The notes under the pieces: model-generated
What the model was told of the DNA's origin: nothing
Databases searched by the model: none
What the model saw: only the letters and a program-made list of their open reading frames with translations
Shown: one piece after another, positions 1 to 10,281 of the stretch
Position numbering within the stretch: the first letter of the stretch is position 1
Layout of the letters: each line of letters begins with the position of its first letter
DNA from: Candidatus Delongbacteria bacterium
Lineage (GTDB): Bacteria; CAIWAD01
Assembly (NCBI GenBank): GCA_963663545.1
Contig: OY760505.1
Span: 3,520,001-3,584,000, forward strand
Direction: 5' to 3'
DNA: 64,000 nucleotides
Position numbers and translations under genes: made by a program

Positions 1-88
1 CTATTTCAGCATTCTGCAGTGCGGTGAGTATCACGATGTCCGCAAGATGACGCTGATTCGCTGATATTTTCTTCAGCAGCTATACATC

Positions 89-116
89 AGCCCCGCTCCA
101 AAGGCGGGGCTTTTTC
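89..116 (+). terminator. Rho-independent terminator of an upstream unit
   Basis: AGCCCCGC...GCGGGGCT stem followed by TTTT. Confidence 0.7.
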
Positions 117-164
117 TTGCGCCACAGACGAAGGATGGCCAACTTGTGATACATGGAGGTCAAA

Positions 165-1622
165 ATGGATGAGCTGTGTCTGCTACCCTGGCCGCGTCGT
201 TTGCTAAGAAGTGCTGGAAGCTGTTCGCTTGAGCGAGGATGGCGCGCGAGCGCGTCCGCGGAGCTGTCCGGGGATGTCGCCATTCGCTCCCTTTTAAATG
301 AACTGCAAGAGATGAGCCCGGGTCGCAGTCCAAGTCAGGTTCCCATGAGTATTGTGTCGCAGGGAGCACCGGGCCATTGTCGACTCTGCATCACGCCACA
401 GCGGATTCAGCTGGAATACGGTGACCGTTACGGCCTGCATCACGCGAAACGCATTTTGCAGCAGCTACTGGATCACGCTCGCGATGGGCAACTGCCTTGT
501 CTTGACATAGAAGATTGGCCGGCGTGGTCTTGGCGCGGGTTGCATTTGGATGTCAGCCGCCACTTCTTTCCGGCGAAGGTCGTTTGTGAAGTCCTCGATT
601 TGATGGCGTATCACGGCTTGAATGTGTTCCACTGGCATTTATGCGATGATCAGGGGTGGCGACTGGAGATTCCAGATCTGCCGCGCTTGCACGAGGTCGC
701 CGCATGGCGTGATACTGACGGCAGCCGCTATGGTGGCTGGTACACTGAGGATGATGTGCGGCAGGTCGTGACACACGCTCAGCAAGTAGGCATAGCTGTC
801 GTTCCTGAAATAGAACTTCCCGGCCACTGCCGCGCTGCGCTGGCGGCCTATCCTCGCCTGTGCTGCAGCAGAACTCCCGGGCCAGTCCCCGGCGACTGGG
901 GAGTTTTTGAGGATGTGTACTGCGCAGGCAGCGATGAGGTCTTCCGTTTTCTCGAGCAGGTCTTTGCGCATGTGCTCAAGCTCTTTCCCGGCCCCTGGGT
1001 GCATATCGGCGGTGATGAAGTGCCGCGCACACGTTGGGAGAAGTGCCCGCGCTGTCAACGGCGAATGCGCGATGAGGGCCTGCGTGATACAGATCAGCTG
1101 CAGGCCTGGTTCGTTGCACGCGCCGCGCAGATGTTGCAGAGAGCGGGCAAGCGTGTAATTGGCTGGGACGAAGTGCTGGATGGAGGTCTGGATTCTTCTG
1201 TGGCCGTGATGTCCTGGCGCGGAGAACAGGGCGGTCTGGCTGCAGCCCAGGCTGGGCACAAGGTAGTGATGTCCCCGGGCAGCCACTGCTACTTCGATCA
1301 CGCTCAGGCCGAGTCAGGAGAGCCGCCCGCCTTTCCTGCCGTGTTGCCGCTGGAGCGCGTGTTCCAATTCGCACCCCTGCCCGAAGGTCTGGAGGAAGTG
1401 TATCACGCAAATGTGCTGGGTGGCCAAGCCAACTGCTGGACCGAGCGTATCACAACACGGGAACACTTGCATTACATGCTCCTTCCTCGCCTGTGCGCCA
1501 TAGCGGAAGCGCTCTGGTGGCCAACGGAGGGACGCCCAGACTACGCAGACTTCCTGCAGAGACTGGCAGCGCACTCCACTGTTCTGGACCGTTATGGTTT
1601 CAAGGGAAGGAGCCTTCGCTGA
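165..1622 (+). CDS. beta-N-acetylhexosaminidase (GH20)
   Basis: WRGLHLDVSRHF, FHWHLCDDQGWR, PEIELPGH and HIGGDE motifs; GGAGGT before ATG 165. Confidence 0.9.
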   Translation: MDELCLLPWPRRLLRSAGSCSLERGWRASASAELSGDVAIRSLLNELQEMSPGRSPSQVPMSIVSQGAPGHCRLCITPQRIQLEYGDRYGLHHAKRILQQLLDHARDGQLPCLDIEDWPAWSWRGLHLDVSRHFFPAKVVCEVLDLMAYHGLNVFHWHLCDDQGWRLEIPDLPRLHEVAAWRDTDGSRYGGWYTEDDVRQVVTHAQQVGIAVVPEIELPGHCRAALAAYPRLCCSRTPGPVPGDWGVFEDVYCAGSDEVFRFLEQVFAHVLKLFPGPWVHIGGDEVPRTRWEKCPRCQRRMRDEGLRDTDQLQAWFVARAAQMLQRAGKRVIGWDEVLDGGLDSSVAVMSWRGEQGGLAAAQAGHKVVMSPGSHCYFDHAQAESGEPPAFPAVLPLERVFQFAPLPEGLEEVYHANVLGGQANCWTERITTREHLHYMLLPRLCAIAEALWWPTEGRPDYADFLQRLAAHSTVLDRYGFKGRSLR

Positions 1623-1630
1623 AGATCGTG

Positions 1631-1670
1631 AGCGTGCATTAGCACGCATTAGCGCGCATTAGCCCGCACT
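1631..1670. repeat. 10-bp imperfect tandem repeat x4
   Basis: agcgtgcatt agcacgcatt agcgcgcatt agcccgcact. Confidence 0.7.
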
Positions 1671-1718
1671 TTGCCTTTTTCTCTACGGACCACAGAAGAA
1701 CCTGGATAGGAGGATTCC

Positions 1719-2918
1719 ATGACCAAGAACCGTGGCACCATCGCCATCCTCACGGGCGGCGGCGATGTGCCTGGCCTTAATCCGGCCATTCGCGCGTTGA
1801 CCGTGCGCGCCCTCCGCGAAGGCTTTCGCGTGCTGGGTATTCGTCGCGGCTGGGCGGGGCTGATCGAGATGATTCGCGACAAGAAGCACGACAACACTCA
1901 CTGCGTGTTGCAGCTTAGCGAGGAGATGGTCAACAAGATCGGCCGGACCGGCGGTACCTTTCTGCACACCTCGCGCACTCGCGCTTCCCATGTGCCCAAG
2001 GCCGATGTGCCCGATCACTTGCAGAGCACCTACAATCAGGAAATCAACGATCTGACGCCTGAAGTGATGGCCAATCTCGAATGGCTTGGCATCGATACCC
2101 TGATTCCCATCGGTGGCGACGACACGCTGAGCTACGGCGTACATCTGCACAACCAGGGAGTGCGAGTGCTGGCCATTCCCAAGACCATGGACAACGACGT
2201 TCCCGGCACCGACTACTGCATCGGCTTTTCGACTTGTGTCACACGCACCATCGAAATGGCCCACTCGTTGCGTACAAGCGCGGGCAGCCACGAGCGCTTC
2301 CTGGTCATCGAGGTCTTCGGACGTTACGCGGGCTTCACCGCGCTTCTGCCTACCATGGCCGGTGCCGCCAACCGCTGTCTGATTCCCGAGTACCCCTTCA
2401 ACCCGGAACAACTGACGGAGCTGATGGTCTCAGACCGCTACAGCAATCCCAGCCGTTACAGCGTCTGTCTGGTGAGCGAGGGGGCCAACTTCGCCGGGAA
2501 AAGCGGCATGGTTTTCGAGAATGAAGAAGCCGACATGTTCGGCCATAAAAAGCTGGGTGGTATTGGCGATGCGGTCTCAGCAGCCATCAAGGAGTTCTCG
2601 CCCAAGTTCAACAAGGGCCGCCGCATCAATGTGATCAACCAGCGCATGGGGTATCTGGTGCGATGCGGAGACCCCGATGCCATGGACAGCATTGTCCCGA
2701 TGGCCTTTGGCAATCTAGCCATGGACCTGGTACTGGACGGCTCTTCGGGGCGCCTGATCTGCCTGCGCAACGGTCGCTACGATCATGTGCCCATTGGCGT
2801 GGTTACCGCCACCAAGAAGCTGGTCGACGTGCACAAGTTCTACAACACCAAGCGACTGCGGCCGATTTATGAGCGCTTTGAATCCAAGCCGCTCTTCATC
2901 ATGACCGGTGATCAGTGA
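1719..2918 (+). CDS. pfkA: 6-phosphofructokinase, probably PPi-dependent
   Basis: LTGGGDVPGLN, GGTFLHTSR, GGDD and PKTMDND motifs. Confidence 0.9.
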   Translation: MTKNRGTIAILTGGGDVPGLNPAIRALTVRALREGFRVLGIRRGWAGLIEMIRDKKHDNTHCVLQLSEEMVNKIGRTGGTFLHTSRTRASHVPKADVPDHLQSTYNQEINDLTPEVMANLEWLGIDTLIPIGGDDTLSYGVHLHNQGVRVLAIPKTMDNDVPGTDYCIGFSTCVTRTIEMAHSLRTSAGSHERFLVIEVFGRYAGFTALLPTMAGAANRCLIPEYPFNPEQLTELMVSDRYSNPSRYSVCLVSEGANFAGKSGMVFENEEADMFGHKKLGGIGDAVSAAIKEFSPKFNKGRRINVINQRMGYLVRCGDPDAMDSIVPMAFGNLAMDLVLDGSSGRLICLRNGRYDHVPIGVVTATKKLVDVHKFYNTKRLRPIYERFESKPLFIMTGDQ

Positions 2919-2920
2919 GC

Positions 2921-3023
2921 GTCCGCCGAAGCGGCGGGGAGTGTCCGCCGAAGCGGCGGGGAGTGTCCGCCGAAGCGGCGGGGAGTGTCCGCCGAAGCGG
3001 CGGGGAGTGTCCGCCGAAGCGGC
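2921..3023. repeat. 22-bp tandem repeat, 4.7 copies, each a hairpin
   Basis: Unit GTCCGCCGAAGCGGCGGGGAGT at 2921, 2943, 2965, 2987 and partial at 3009. Confidence 0.95.
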
Positions 3024-3144
3024 CTCCGCGAACTGCGGCGACCGTTGGAAGCAGGGCCTTCATGCAGAGAATTCCTTAGCTTGTAAGCTTTTCAGGCCGC
3101 CCCATACCGGGGCGGTCATCATGTGAACCAAACCGAGTGGTACG

Positions 3145-4416
3145 ATGATCGATATCAAGCGCCTGCGCGAGAACCCGGCGGCACTGGCCGCCCTGATCGA
3201 GACGAAGAATGTCAAGGTGGATTTTGAAGCCATCCTTGAGCTGGACGCCCGTCGCCGCGAGCTGATCGCCGAGGCGGATCAGTTGAAGGCTACGCGTAAC
3301 ACGGTCAGTCGCGAGATTGCCGAGTTGCAGAAGGCGAAGCAGGACGCCGGCGAGCGTATCGCTTCCATGAAAACCGTTTCTGATCGCATCAAGGCCATCG
3401 ACGGCGAGATCAAGGAGCTGGACACACGGCAAAATGAACTGCTGCTGGCCATTCCCAACGCGCCGCACCCCAGTGCCCCGGTGGGCAGAAACGAGTTGGA
3501 CAACGTCGTCGAGCGCGACTGGGGCCAGAAGCCCGAGTTCGCCTTTGCGGTGCGTGACCACCTGGAGTTGGGCAGTCTGCACGATATCATCGATTTCCCG
3601 CGCGGCAGCAAGATCGCCGGCAGCGGTTTCCCGCTTTACAAGGGCCTGGGAGCCCGCCTTGAGCGCGCGCTGATCAACTTCATGCTGGATCTGCATACCG
3701 CCGAGCACGGCTACCGCGAGATCTTTCCGCCCTTCCTGGCCAGCGCTGAGAGCATGACCGCCACGGGTCAGTTGCCCAAGATGGCTGAGGATATGTATTA
3801 CGCGGAGAAGGACGAGCTCTACCTCATTCCCACCGCCGAGGTGCCCATTACTAACATCCATCGCGATGAGATCCTGGACGCCGACGATCTGCCCGTCTGC
3901 TATTGTGGCTATAGTGCGTGTTTCCGCCGCGAGGCGGGCAGCTACGGGCGCGACGTGCGCGGCTTTCTGCGCACGCACCAGTTCAATAAAGTGGAGCTGG
4001 TCAAGTTCGTCCATCCGGATCACGGCTACGAAGAACTGGCCAAGCTGCTGGACAACGCCGAAGAAGTGTTGCGCCGCCTGGGTCTGCATTATCGCGTGTT
4101 ACGTCTTTGCACCGGCGACCTGAGTTTTGCCAGCGCCACCACCTACGATATCGAGGTTTGGAGCCCTGCGGAGCAGAAGTATCTGGAGTGCTCCAGCTGT
4201 AGCAGCTTCGAGGATTTCCAAGCCCGTCGCGGCGCCATGCGCTACAAGGAAAAGGGCGGCAAGGCTCAGCCTTGTCACACACTCAACGGCAGTGGTCTGG
4301 CCACAAGTCGTCTGATTGTAGCGTTGTTGGAGTGCTATCAGCAAGAGGACGGCAGTATTCTGCTGCCCAAGGCGCTGCATCCCTATATGGGCGGTGTGAC
4401 ACGAATCGGAGGCTGA
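3145..4416 (+). CDS. serS: serine--tRNA ligase
   Basis: N-terminal coiled coil, LIPTAEVP, FRREAGSYG and HTLNGSGLA motifs. Confidence 0.97.
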   Translation: MIDIKRLRENPAALAALIETKNVKVDFEAILELDARRRELIAEADQLKATRNTVSREIAELQKAKQDAGERIASMKTVSDRIKAIDGEIKELDTRQNELLLAIPNAPHPSAPVGRNELDNVVERDWGQKPEFAFAVRDHLELGSLHDIIDFPRGSKIAGSGFPLYKGLGARLERALINFMLDLHTAEHGYREIFPPFLASAESMTATGQLPKMAEDMYYAEKDELYLIPTAEVPITNIHRDEILDADDLPVCYCGYSACFRREAGSYGRDVRGFLRTHQFNKVELVKFVHPDHGYEELAKLLDNAEEVLRRLGLHYRVLRLCTGDLSFASATTYDIEVWSPAEQKYLECSSCSSFEDFQARRGAMRYKEKGGKAQPCHTLNGSGLATSRLIVALLECYQQEDGSILLPKALHPYMGGVTRIGG

Positions 4417-4419
4417 GCC

Positions 4420-4986
4420 TTGCTACCACGCAACTATCGTGAGCGTGCCACACGTGTGCTGGACTGCAATCAGTGGGAAGATCTGCTGGGGCCGCGCTGC
4501 GGGCTGATCTGGCGCACGCACGACTTCGGTCTGATGCGCTTTCACTGCGATCGCCTGCACAGCCAGCAGCTACGGGAAATGGAGAAGCTGCTGAGCAATC
4601 CACGTCGCGGAGGCCTACAGCCTGAGCGCGCGGTCTTTCCCGTGAAACTGATGTATGCGCTTGGGCGCGGACGTGTATCACTGTGCGAGAATCCCGAGGA
4701 CGCCCGACTGCCGGGCTCGGCCGCATTGCTGCAGCGTGGCGAGGACCTCTACTGTGTGTGTGCCGATCCTGAAGCCGCTTTGAGGGAGCTGGCCCGTTTG
4801 GAGTCCGAGGAACGCGAAGGCGTCTTGGCGCGCATCATGGGCACACCTCAGTGTGATACAGCGACGCAATCTGTATCACAGATGAGCACGGAGCAAGACG
4901 ACGTTTCCTGCGGGCGGTGCGGACTGCTGGGCAACGAACACTGCGCGGGCGGTGCCTGCGTCAACAGCAGGACGAAAGAAGCATGA
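4420..4986 (+). CDS. hypothetical protein with Cys-rich C-terminus
   Basis: Fills the serS-trkA gap; TTG start 3 nt after serS stop; ATGA overlap with trkA. Confidence 0.6.
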   Translation: MLPRNYRERATRVLDCNQWEDLLGPRCGLIWRTHDFGLMRFHCDRLHSQQLREMEKLLSNPRRGGLQPERAVFPVKLMYALGRGRVSLCENPEDARLPGSAALLQRGEDLYCVCADPEAALRELARLESEEREGVLARIMGTPQCDTATQSVSQMSTEQDDVSCGRCGLLGNEHCAGGACVNSRTKEA

Positions 4987-6326
4987 AGATCGTTGTGGTG
5001 GGCGCCGGCGATGTCGGCAGCTATCTGGCCCAGTTTCTGGCACGGGAAGCCAATGAACTGACCGTGGTTGACACCAATCACCAGCGTCTGGGCGACCTGG
5101 CCGAAGAGCTCGACATTGCCACTGTGCATGGCTCAGGAACCATTGAGAGCACGCTCAGGCAGGCTGGAGCCAAAGGCGCCGATTACCTGATTGCCGCCAC
5201 CGACATTGACGAAATCAACGTGTTGGTGTGTCACGTCGCAGGTCTCTTGGGCGTCAAGCACCGCATCGCGCGCATTCGCTCCGACGAGATGGTGGTAGAA
5301 GCGCGGCGTCTGGAAATGGCCGATCTGGTGATCAATCCCGACAAGGCCGCGGTGCGCGCCATTGTCGATCTGCTGGCGCACGCTGGCACTCGCGATTACA
5401 GCGAGTTCGCCGGTGGGCGCATTCGCATGATTACCGTCGACGTGGAGCGCAAAGGTCCACTGCACGGGCTAAACCTGAAGCAGCTGGCCGACCGTTACAA
5501 GGAGCTGGACTTCCGCGTGGTCTGTCTGGTGCGCGAGGGATTGCCCACCATTCCCGGCGGCGACGACAAACTGGAGATCGGTGATCTGGTGACCTTTGCC
5601 GTGCGTAGCGCCGACACCATCGACTTCTTCAAGATCCTCGGCATCATTGATGAGGCATGCCGCAATGTGATGCTGTTGGGCGCTACACCGATGGCGGTCA
5701 ACGTGGCTGCCGCACTAGAGCAGGTGCCGGGCATGAATGTGAAGCTGTTTGCCGTGCCCGGTGAGAATCGACTGGACAACCACGAGCTGGCCGAGCTGCT
5801 GCCACACACGACGGTCTTTGATACCGAGGGAAAAGAGATCGACGCCATGGCTCAGGAGGCGCTGGGGGATATGGATGCCCTGATCGCGCTTTCGGAGGAT
5901 GAAGAGAAGAACATCATCTCTTGTCTGTTGGCAAAACACCTCGGCGTCAAACGGACGATCACAGCCATCCAGAAGGCCGAATACATGCCCATTATCAAGA
6001 CCATCGGTCTGGACGTAGGCATCAACAAACGCATCCTGGCGGCACAGGAAATCCTCAAATTCATCCGTCGCGGCGGTCTGCAGGAACAGGTCATTCTGCC
6101 CGGATCGGGCGCGCTGGTGGCCACCTTCAACGTGCGCGCCGGAAGCCCGCTGGTGGGCAAAGAACTGCGCAAACTCAAGCTTCCCAAGCCGGGCATCTTC
6201 GCCGGCTTCCAGCGACGCGGCCACATGATCATTCCCACCGGTCTCGATCGTTTCGAAGAAGGCGACGAAGCCACCGTGGTGACTCTGGAAGAACACCTGC
6301 CGGCCCTGAAGAAGCTCTTCGACTGA
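4983..6326 (+). CDS. trkA: Trk K+ uptake NAD-binding subunit
   Basis: MKIVVVGAGDVG Rossmann start, two RCK_N/RCK_C pairs; start moved to ATG 4983. Confidence 0.93.
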   Translation: MKIVVVGAGDVGSYLAQFLAREANELTVVDTNHQRLGDLAEELDIATVHGSGTIESTLRQAGAKGADYLIAATDIDEINVLVCHVAGLLGVKHRIARIRSDEMVVEARRLEMADLVINPDKAAVRAIVDLLAHAGTRDYSEFAGGRIRMITVDVERKGPLHGLNLKQLADRYKELDFRVVCLVREGLPTIPGGDDKLEIGDLVTFAVRSADTIDFFKILGIIDEACRNVMLLGATPMAVNVAAALEQVPGMNVKLFAVPGENRLDNHELAELLPHTTVFDTEGKEIDAMAQEALGDMDALIALSEDEEKNIISCLLAKHLGVKRTITAIQKAEYMPIIKTIGLDVGINKRILAAQEILKFIRRGGLQEQVILPGSGALVATFNVRAGSPLVGKELRKLKLPKPGIFAGFQRRGHMIIPTGLDRFEEGDEATVVTLEEHLPALKKLFD

Positions 6327-6328
6327 CG

Positions 6329-7780
6329 ATGAAGCCACAGCGTGTATTACGAGCCCTTTCCCTACTGGTGTTGTTGCTGGCGGCCTCCATGCTGCTGCCG
6401 GTTTTCATTGCCATGTATTACGGCGACGGTGATGCCCTCGCGCTTTTCATCTCTGCCGTTCTGACCGCACTGACAGGCGGTGCCATGCGCTGGTTCAGCC
6501 GTCGTCAGGGCTCGGGCGACCTGAACATCAAAGAAGCCTTTGCCGTTGTCGGCCTGGGCTGGACGGTAATGGCGATTCTGGGCGCTCTGCCCTTCATGAT
6601 CTCCGGCAGCATTCCGCTGCCCCATGACGCCATTTTCGAATCCATGAGCGGCTTCACTACTACCGGCGCCAGCATTCTGCGCAGCCCTCAGGATCTCCCC
6701 CACGGCATCGCCTTCTGGCGCTGTTTCATTCAGTGGATCGGCGGACTGGGCATCGTGCTCTTTGTGCTGGCGCTGCTGCCCAACGCGGGCGGAGGCGGCA
6801 AGTACTTGTTCCGTGCGGAGACACCGGGGCCTTCCAGCGAGAAAATCACACCACGTCTGCGTGATACAGCCAAAATGCTCTGGTTGATCTATCTGGCGCT
6901 GACCGCGGCCGAGGCACTCATGCTCTGGGCCGGAGGTATGAGCTTTTTTGATTCCTGGGCTCATTCCTTTACGACGATGGCGACCGGTGGCTTCTCGACG
7001 CGCAACGCCTCGCTGGGCTACTGGGAAAGCCCTTTCATTCAGGGCACGGTGACTCTCTTCATGTTTCTGGCGGGTACTAACTTCGCCCTCTACTTCCGCG
7101 TGATCCACAAACGCAGTGTCCGTCCCCTATTTGAGGATGACGAATGGCGTAGTTACGCCCTCTTCGCTGGAGTCAGTGCGCTTCTGATCTTTGTGCTACT
7201 CTGGGCTGGCGGTTATCACGGCCCGGGACGCGCGGCCTTGCACAGCCTCTTCCAGGTGGCTTCCATCATGACCACCACGGGTTTTGCCACTGACGATTTC
7301 AACCTCTGGCCGGAAGCGACGCGCATTCTGCTTCTGCTGCTGATGCTCATCGGTGGCATGGCGGGCAGTACGGGCGGCGGCATGAAAGTGGTACGCGTCA
7401 AAGTGCTGCTGGCGCACGCCCATCAGTGTATGCGCAAAATGATTCACCCGCGTTTGGTTACCGTCGTGCGCGTCGGCACACGCGCAGTTGCCCCGGAACT
7501 GGTTTCCAACATCACCGGCTTTGCCGTGCTTTACATGGTGCTGCTGATTGGCGGCAGTCTGCTGCTGGCGCTTTTCGCTCATAGCTTTGAGGTAAGTCTC
7601 TCGGCAACCCTGGCCTGTTTGTCGAACATCGGTCCCGGCCTGGGCGCAGTGGGACCCTGCGGTCATTACGCCGATATACATGGCGTGGGCAAGGTGATGC
7701 TTACGGGGATGATGCTGTTGGGGCGCCTTGAAGTTTATACCGTGCTGGTGCTCTTCAGTCGCAATTTCTGGAAGAAGTAG
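6329..7780 (+). CDS. trkH: Trk K+ uptake membrane subunit
   Basis: FESMSGFTTTGAS, GGMAGSTGGG and LGRLE motifs. Confidence 0.93.
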   Translation: MKPQRVLRALSLLVLLLAASMLLPVFIAMYYGDGDALALFISAVLTALTGGAMRWFSRRQGSGDLNIKEAFAVVGLGWTVMAILGALPFMISGSIPLPHDAIFESMSGFTTTGASILRSPQDLPHGIAFWRCFIQWIGGLGIVLFVLALLPNAGGGGKYLFRAETPGPSSEKITPRLRDTAKMLWLIYLALTAAEALMLWAGGMSFFDSWAHSFTTMATGGFSTRNASLGYWESPFIQGTVTLFMFLAGTNFALYFRVIHKRSVRPLFEDDEWRSYALFAGVSALLIFVLLWAGGYHGPGRAALHSLFQVASIMTTTGFATDDFNLWPEATRILLLLLMLIGGMAGSTGGGMKVVRVKVLLAHAHQCMRKMIHPRLVTVVRVGTRAVAPELVSNITGFAVLYMVLLIGGSLLLALFAHSFEVSLSATLACLSNIGPGLGAVGPCGHYADIHGVGKVMLTGMMLLGRLEVYTVLVLFSRNFWKK

Positions 7781-7784
7781 CGCG

Positions 7785-9251
7785 ATGAAATCTTCCCGCG
7801 TGATACAGGTATTGTCGCATCTGGTGCTCATGCTGGCGGGCGCCTTGCTCTTTACGGCGGCAGTCACCTTTGAGTATCACGATGGTGATGTTGGCAGCTT
7901 GCTTCTGTCTGCGCTGCTGACAGCGCTGATAGGCGGAGGCCTGTGGCTGTGGAGTCGCCGTAATCACGTGGGTGGTGATCTGACCCAGCGCGAATCCTTT
8001 GTGGTGGTAGCTGTGGGCTGGGCGCTGATGGCGCTGGTGGGCGCGCTGCCTTTTCTTTTCTCCCACAGCATTCCCGCGTGGTACGACGCCTATTTCGAAT
8101 CGATGAGCGGCTTCACCACCACGGGTGCCAGCGTGCTGAACAGTCCGCAGGATCTACCCCACGGTATCGCCTTCTGGCGTTGCTTCATTCAATGGATCGG
8201 TGGTCTGGGAATCGTGCTTTTCGTGTTGGCTGTGTTGCCCAATACCGGCAGCGGCGGCAAGTATCTGTTTCGCGCCGAAAGCACCGGTATCACGGAGGGC
8301 AAGTTTACTCCGCGTCTGCGTGATACAGCCAAGCAGCTCTGGCTGATCTATTTCCTGCTGACGGCGCTGGAGGCGCTGGCACTCAAGCTGACGGGCATGC
8401 ACGGCTTTGACGCCTGGACGCACTCCTTTGCCACTATGGCCAGCGGAGGCTTTTCGACGCGCAACGCTTCGCTGGGCGCTTTCGGTGTGGGATCACAATT
8501 GGTGGTCTGCGTCTTCATGTACCTCGCTGGCTTCAACTTTGCCATCTTTGCACGCATTGTGCGCGCCTACAGAACGCGTACCCCTATGAAGGGCATGTTC
8601 AGCCGTGATACAGAATGGAAAACCTACACGACCCTGACGCTGAGTATCACGCTAGTCTGCTGGCTTCTGTTGGTGCTGCAACACGACCGTCCCTTCTGGA
8701 ACGCTGGTCTGGACAGTCTTTTTCAGACGACGTCCATCCTGAGCACTACGGGATTTGCCACCGACGATTTCAACCTGTGGCCACCGTTGGGCAAGGTGAT
8801 GATGCTCATTGCAATGACCGTCGGCGGCATGACTGGCTCGACGGCGGGCGGACTGAAGCCCATTCGTCTGCGTGTTTTGCTGGAGGAGGCCCGGGTCAGC
8901 GCGCGCAAGATGCTGCACCCGCGTATGGTCAGCGTGATACGCGTGGATGGACAGGCTTTGTCGCGCGAGGTAGTGGAACACGTCAACGGTTTCAGCGTGA
9001 TGTATCTCTTGCTGGCGGTGGCGGGGACTCTTGTGCTGACGGCGCTGGCCAGCAGTTTTGACGTGGGTCTGTCGGCCTCGCTGGCCTGCATGGGCAATGT
9101 GGGGCCGGGCCTGGGCGAAGTAGGACCGATGGGCAATTACGCAGCCCTGCACCCGGTGGCCAAGCTGTCTCTGGTGGGACTGATGCTGCTGGGAAGACTG
9201 GAACTGTACACGGTGCTGGTGCTCTTCAGCCGGCACTTCTGGAGGAAATAG
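7785..9251 (+). CDS. trkH: Trk K+ uptake membrane subunit, second paralogue
   Basis: Same TrkH motifs; ATG 4 nt after the previous stop. Confidence 0.93.
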   Translation: MKSSRVIQVLSHLVLMLAGALLFTAAVTFEYHDGDVGSLLLSALLTALIGGGLWLWSRRNHVGGDLTQRESFVVVAVGWALMALVGALPFLFSHSIPAWYDAYFESMSGFTTTGASVLNSPQDLPHGIAFWRCFIQWIGGLGIVLFVLAVLPNTGSGGKYLFRAESTGITEGKFTPRLRDTAKQLWLIYFLLTALEALALKLTGMHGFDAWTHSFATMASGGFSTRNASLGAFGVGSQLVVCVFMYLAGFNFAIFARIVRAYRTRTPMKGMFSRDTEWKTYTTLTLSITLVCWLLLVLQHDRPFWNAGLDSLFQTTSILSTTGFATDDFNLWPPLGKVMMLIAMTVGGMTGSTAGGLKPIRLRVLLEEARVSARKMLHPRMVSVIRVDGQALSREVVEHVNGFSVMYLLLAVAGTLVLTALASSFDVGLSASLACMGNVGPGLGEVGPMGNYAALHPVAKLSLVGLMLLGRLELYTVLVLFSRHFWRK

Positions 9252-9255
9252 GATC

Positions 9256-10281
9256 GTGGCGAACAAGCCGGGGCGATTGCGCACCTTCATGACCACTCAT
9301 CTGCGCACCAAGATCATGGCGCTGGTGCTGGCTGGCATCTGCTGGTTTTTTGTGCGCACCGACCAGATCATGGAAGTGGACTTCACCTTTCCGTTGGTGG
9401 TCGACATGGCGGAAACACCGGACATGGTATTGCTGCAGGCACCTCCACAGACGGTCGACGTGCGCTTGCGCGGTCGTGGACGCAGTCTGTTGTGGTTTGC
9501 GCTGACCAGCTCCGGCGAGTACGTGCTCAAGCCCGATCCGCGTAACGAGTCTCACGGCGTGTCCACCAAGAACCTGCATCTGCGCCGTGCCAGCGATCTG
9601 GCGGTGCAGTCGATCTTTCCCTCCTACATTCAGCTCGAAATGGATTACATCAGCTCCATTTCGCTGCCCGTGCTGCTGAACGGGCTGGTGGAGCCAGCCG
9701 AGGACTACCTCCTCACCGATGGTCCGGTCATTTCACCGGAGCGAGTTGAGGTGAGCGGCCCCGCCAGTATTCTCGATACTCTGAAAGTCGTGCAGACCGC
9801 GCGTGTGGAACTGCTGCGGCGCCGGCGTGACGTGGCGGAAGCCGTGCGCCTGCGTCTGCCATGGCCTACCTTGCGACTGAACCCCGAGAGCATCAGCCTG
9901 AAGGCGCGCATCGAGCGCATCAGCCAGCGGCGCTTTACGCAGATTCCGCTGGAGGTCATTGGTCTGCCCGACAGCCTGGATATTCAACCGCGCAGCTTCG
10001 CCATTACCGTTATTGGTGGTGAGCGGCAGCTGGAGATGATTGACTCCGGCGATGTGCACGCGCGCGTGGATTACAACAAGCTGCTGCCCGGTGCGCGGCG
10101 AATGCCCTGTCAGGTTCTGCTGCCCTCGGGCTACAGCTGGCGTGATCCCGAACCTGCCCTCTTCGACCTGGTGCCGCGCGGGGCTGTGGACAGTCTGCGC
10201 TTGCTGCCCGCCGATAGCGTGGCCGTTGATGACAGCACTGCGGAAAGTGCGGCCGATCGCCGCTGGTGGAAGCGTCCATGA
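9256..10281 (+). CDS. YbbR/CdaR-like membrane-anchored protein
   Basis: N-terminal TM KIMALVLAGICWFFV; repeats like PQTVDVRLRG and PERVEVSGPASIL. Confidence 0.75.
   Translation: MANKPGRLRTFMTTHLRTKIMALVLAGICWFFVRTDQIMEVDFTFPLVVDMAETPDMVLLQAPPQTVDVRLRGRGRSLLWFALTSSGEYVLKPDPRNESHGVSTKNLHLRRASDLAVQSIFPSYIQLEMDYISSISLPVLLNGLVEPAEDYLLTDGPVISPERVEVSGPASILDTLKVVQTARVELLRRRRDVAEAVRLRLPWPTLRLNPESISLKARIERISQRRFTQIPLEVIGLPDSLDIQPRSFAITVIGGERQLEMIDSGDVHARVDYNKLLPGARRMPCQVLLPSGYSWRDPEPALFDLVPRGAVDSLRLLPADSVAVDDSTAESAADRRWWKRP

Noticed and set aside
2921..3023. Possible CRISPR array
   Set aside because: Units are contiguous with no unique spacers, and there are no cas genes
6329..9251. Recent duplication or gene conversion between the trkH copies
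   Set aside because: Conserved peptide blocks carry many synonymous differences, indicating an old paralogy
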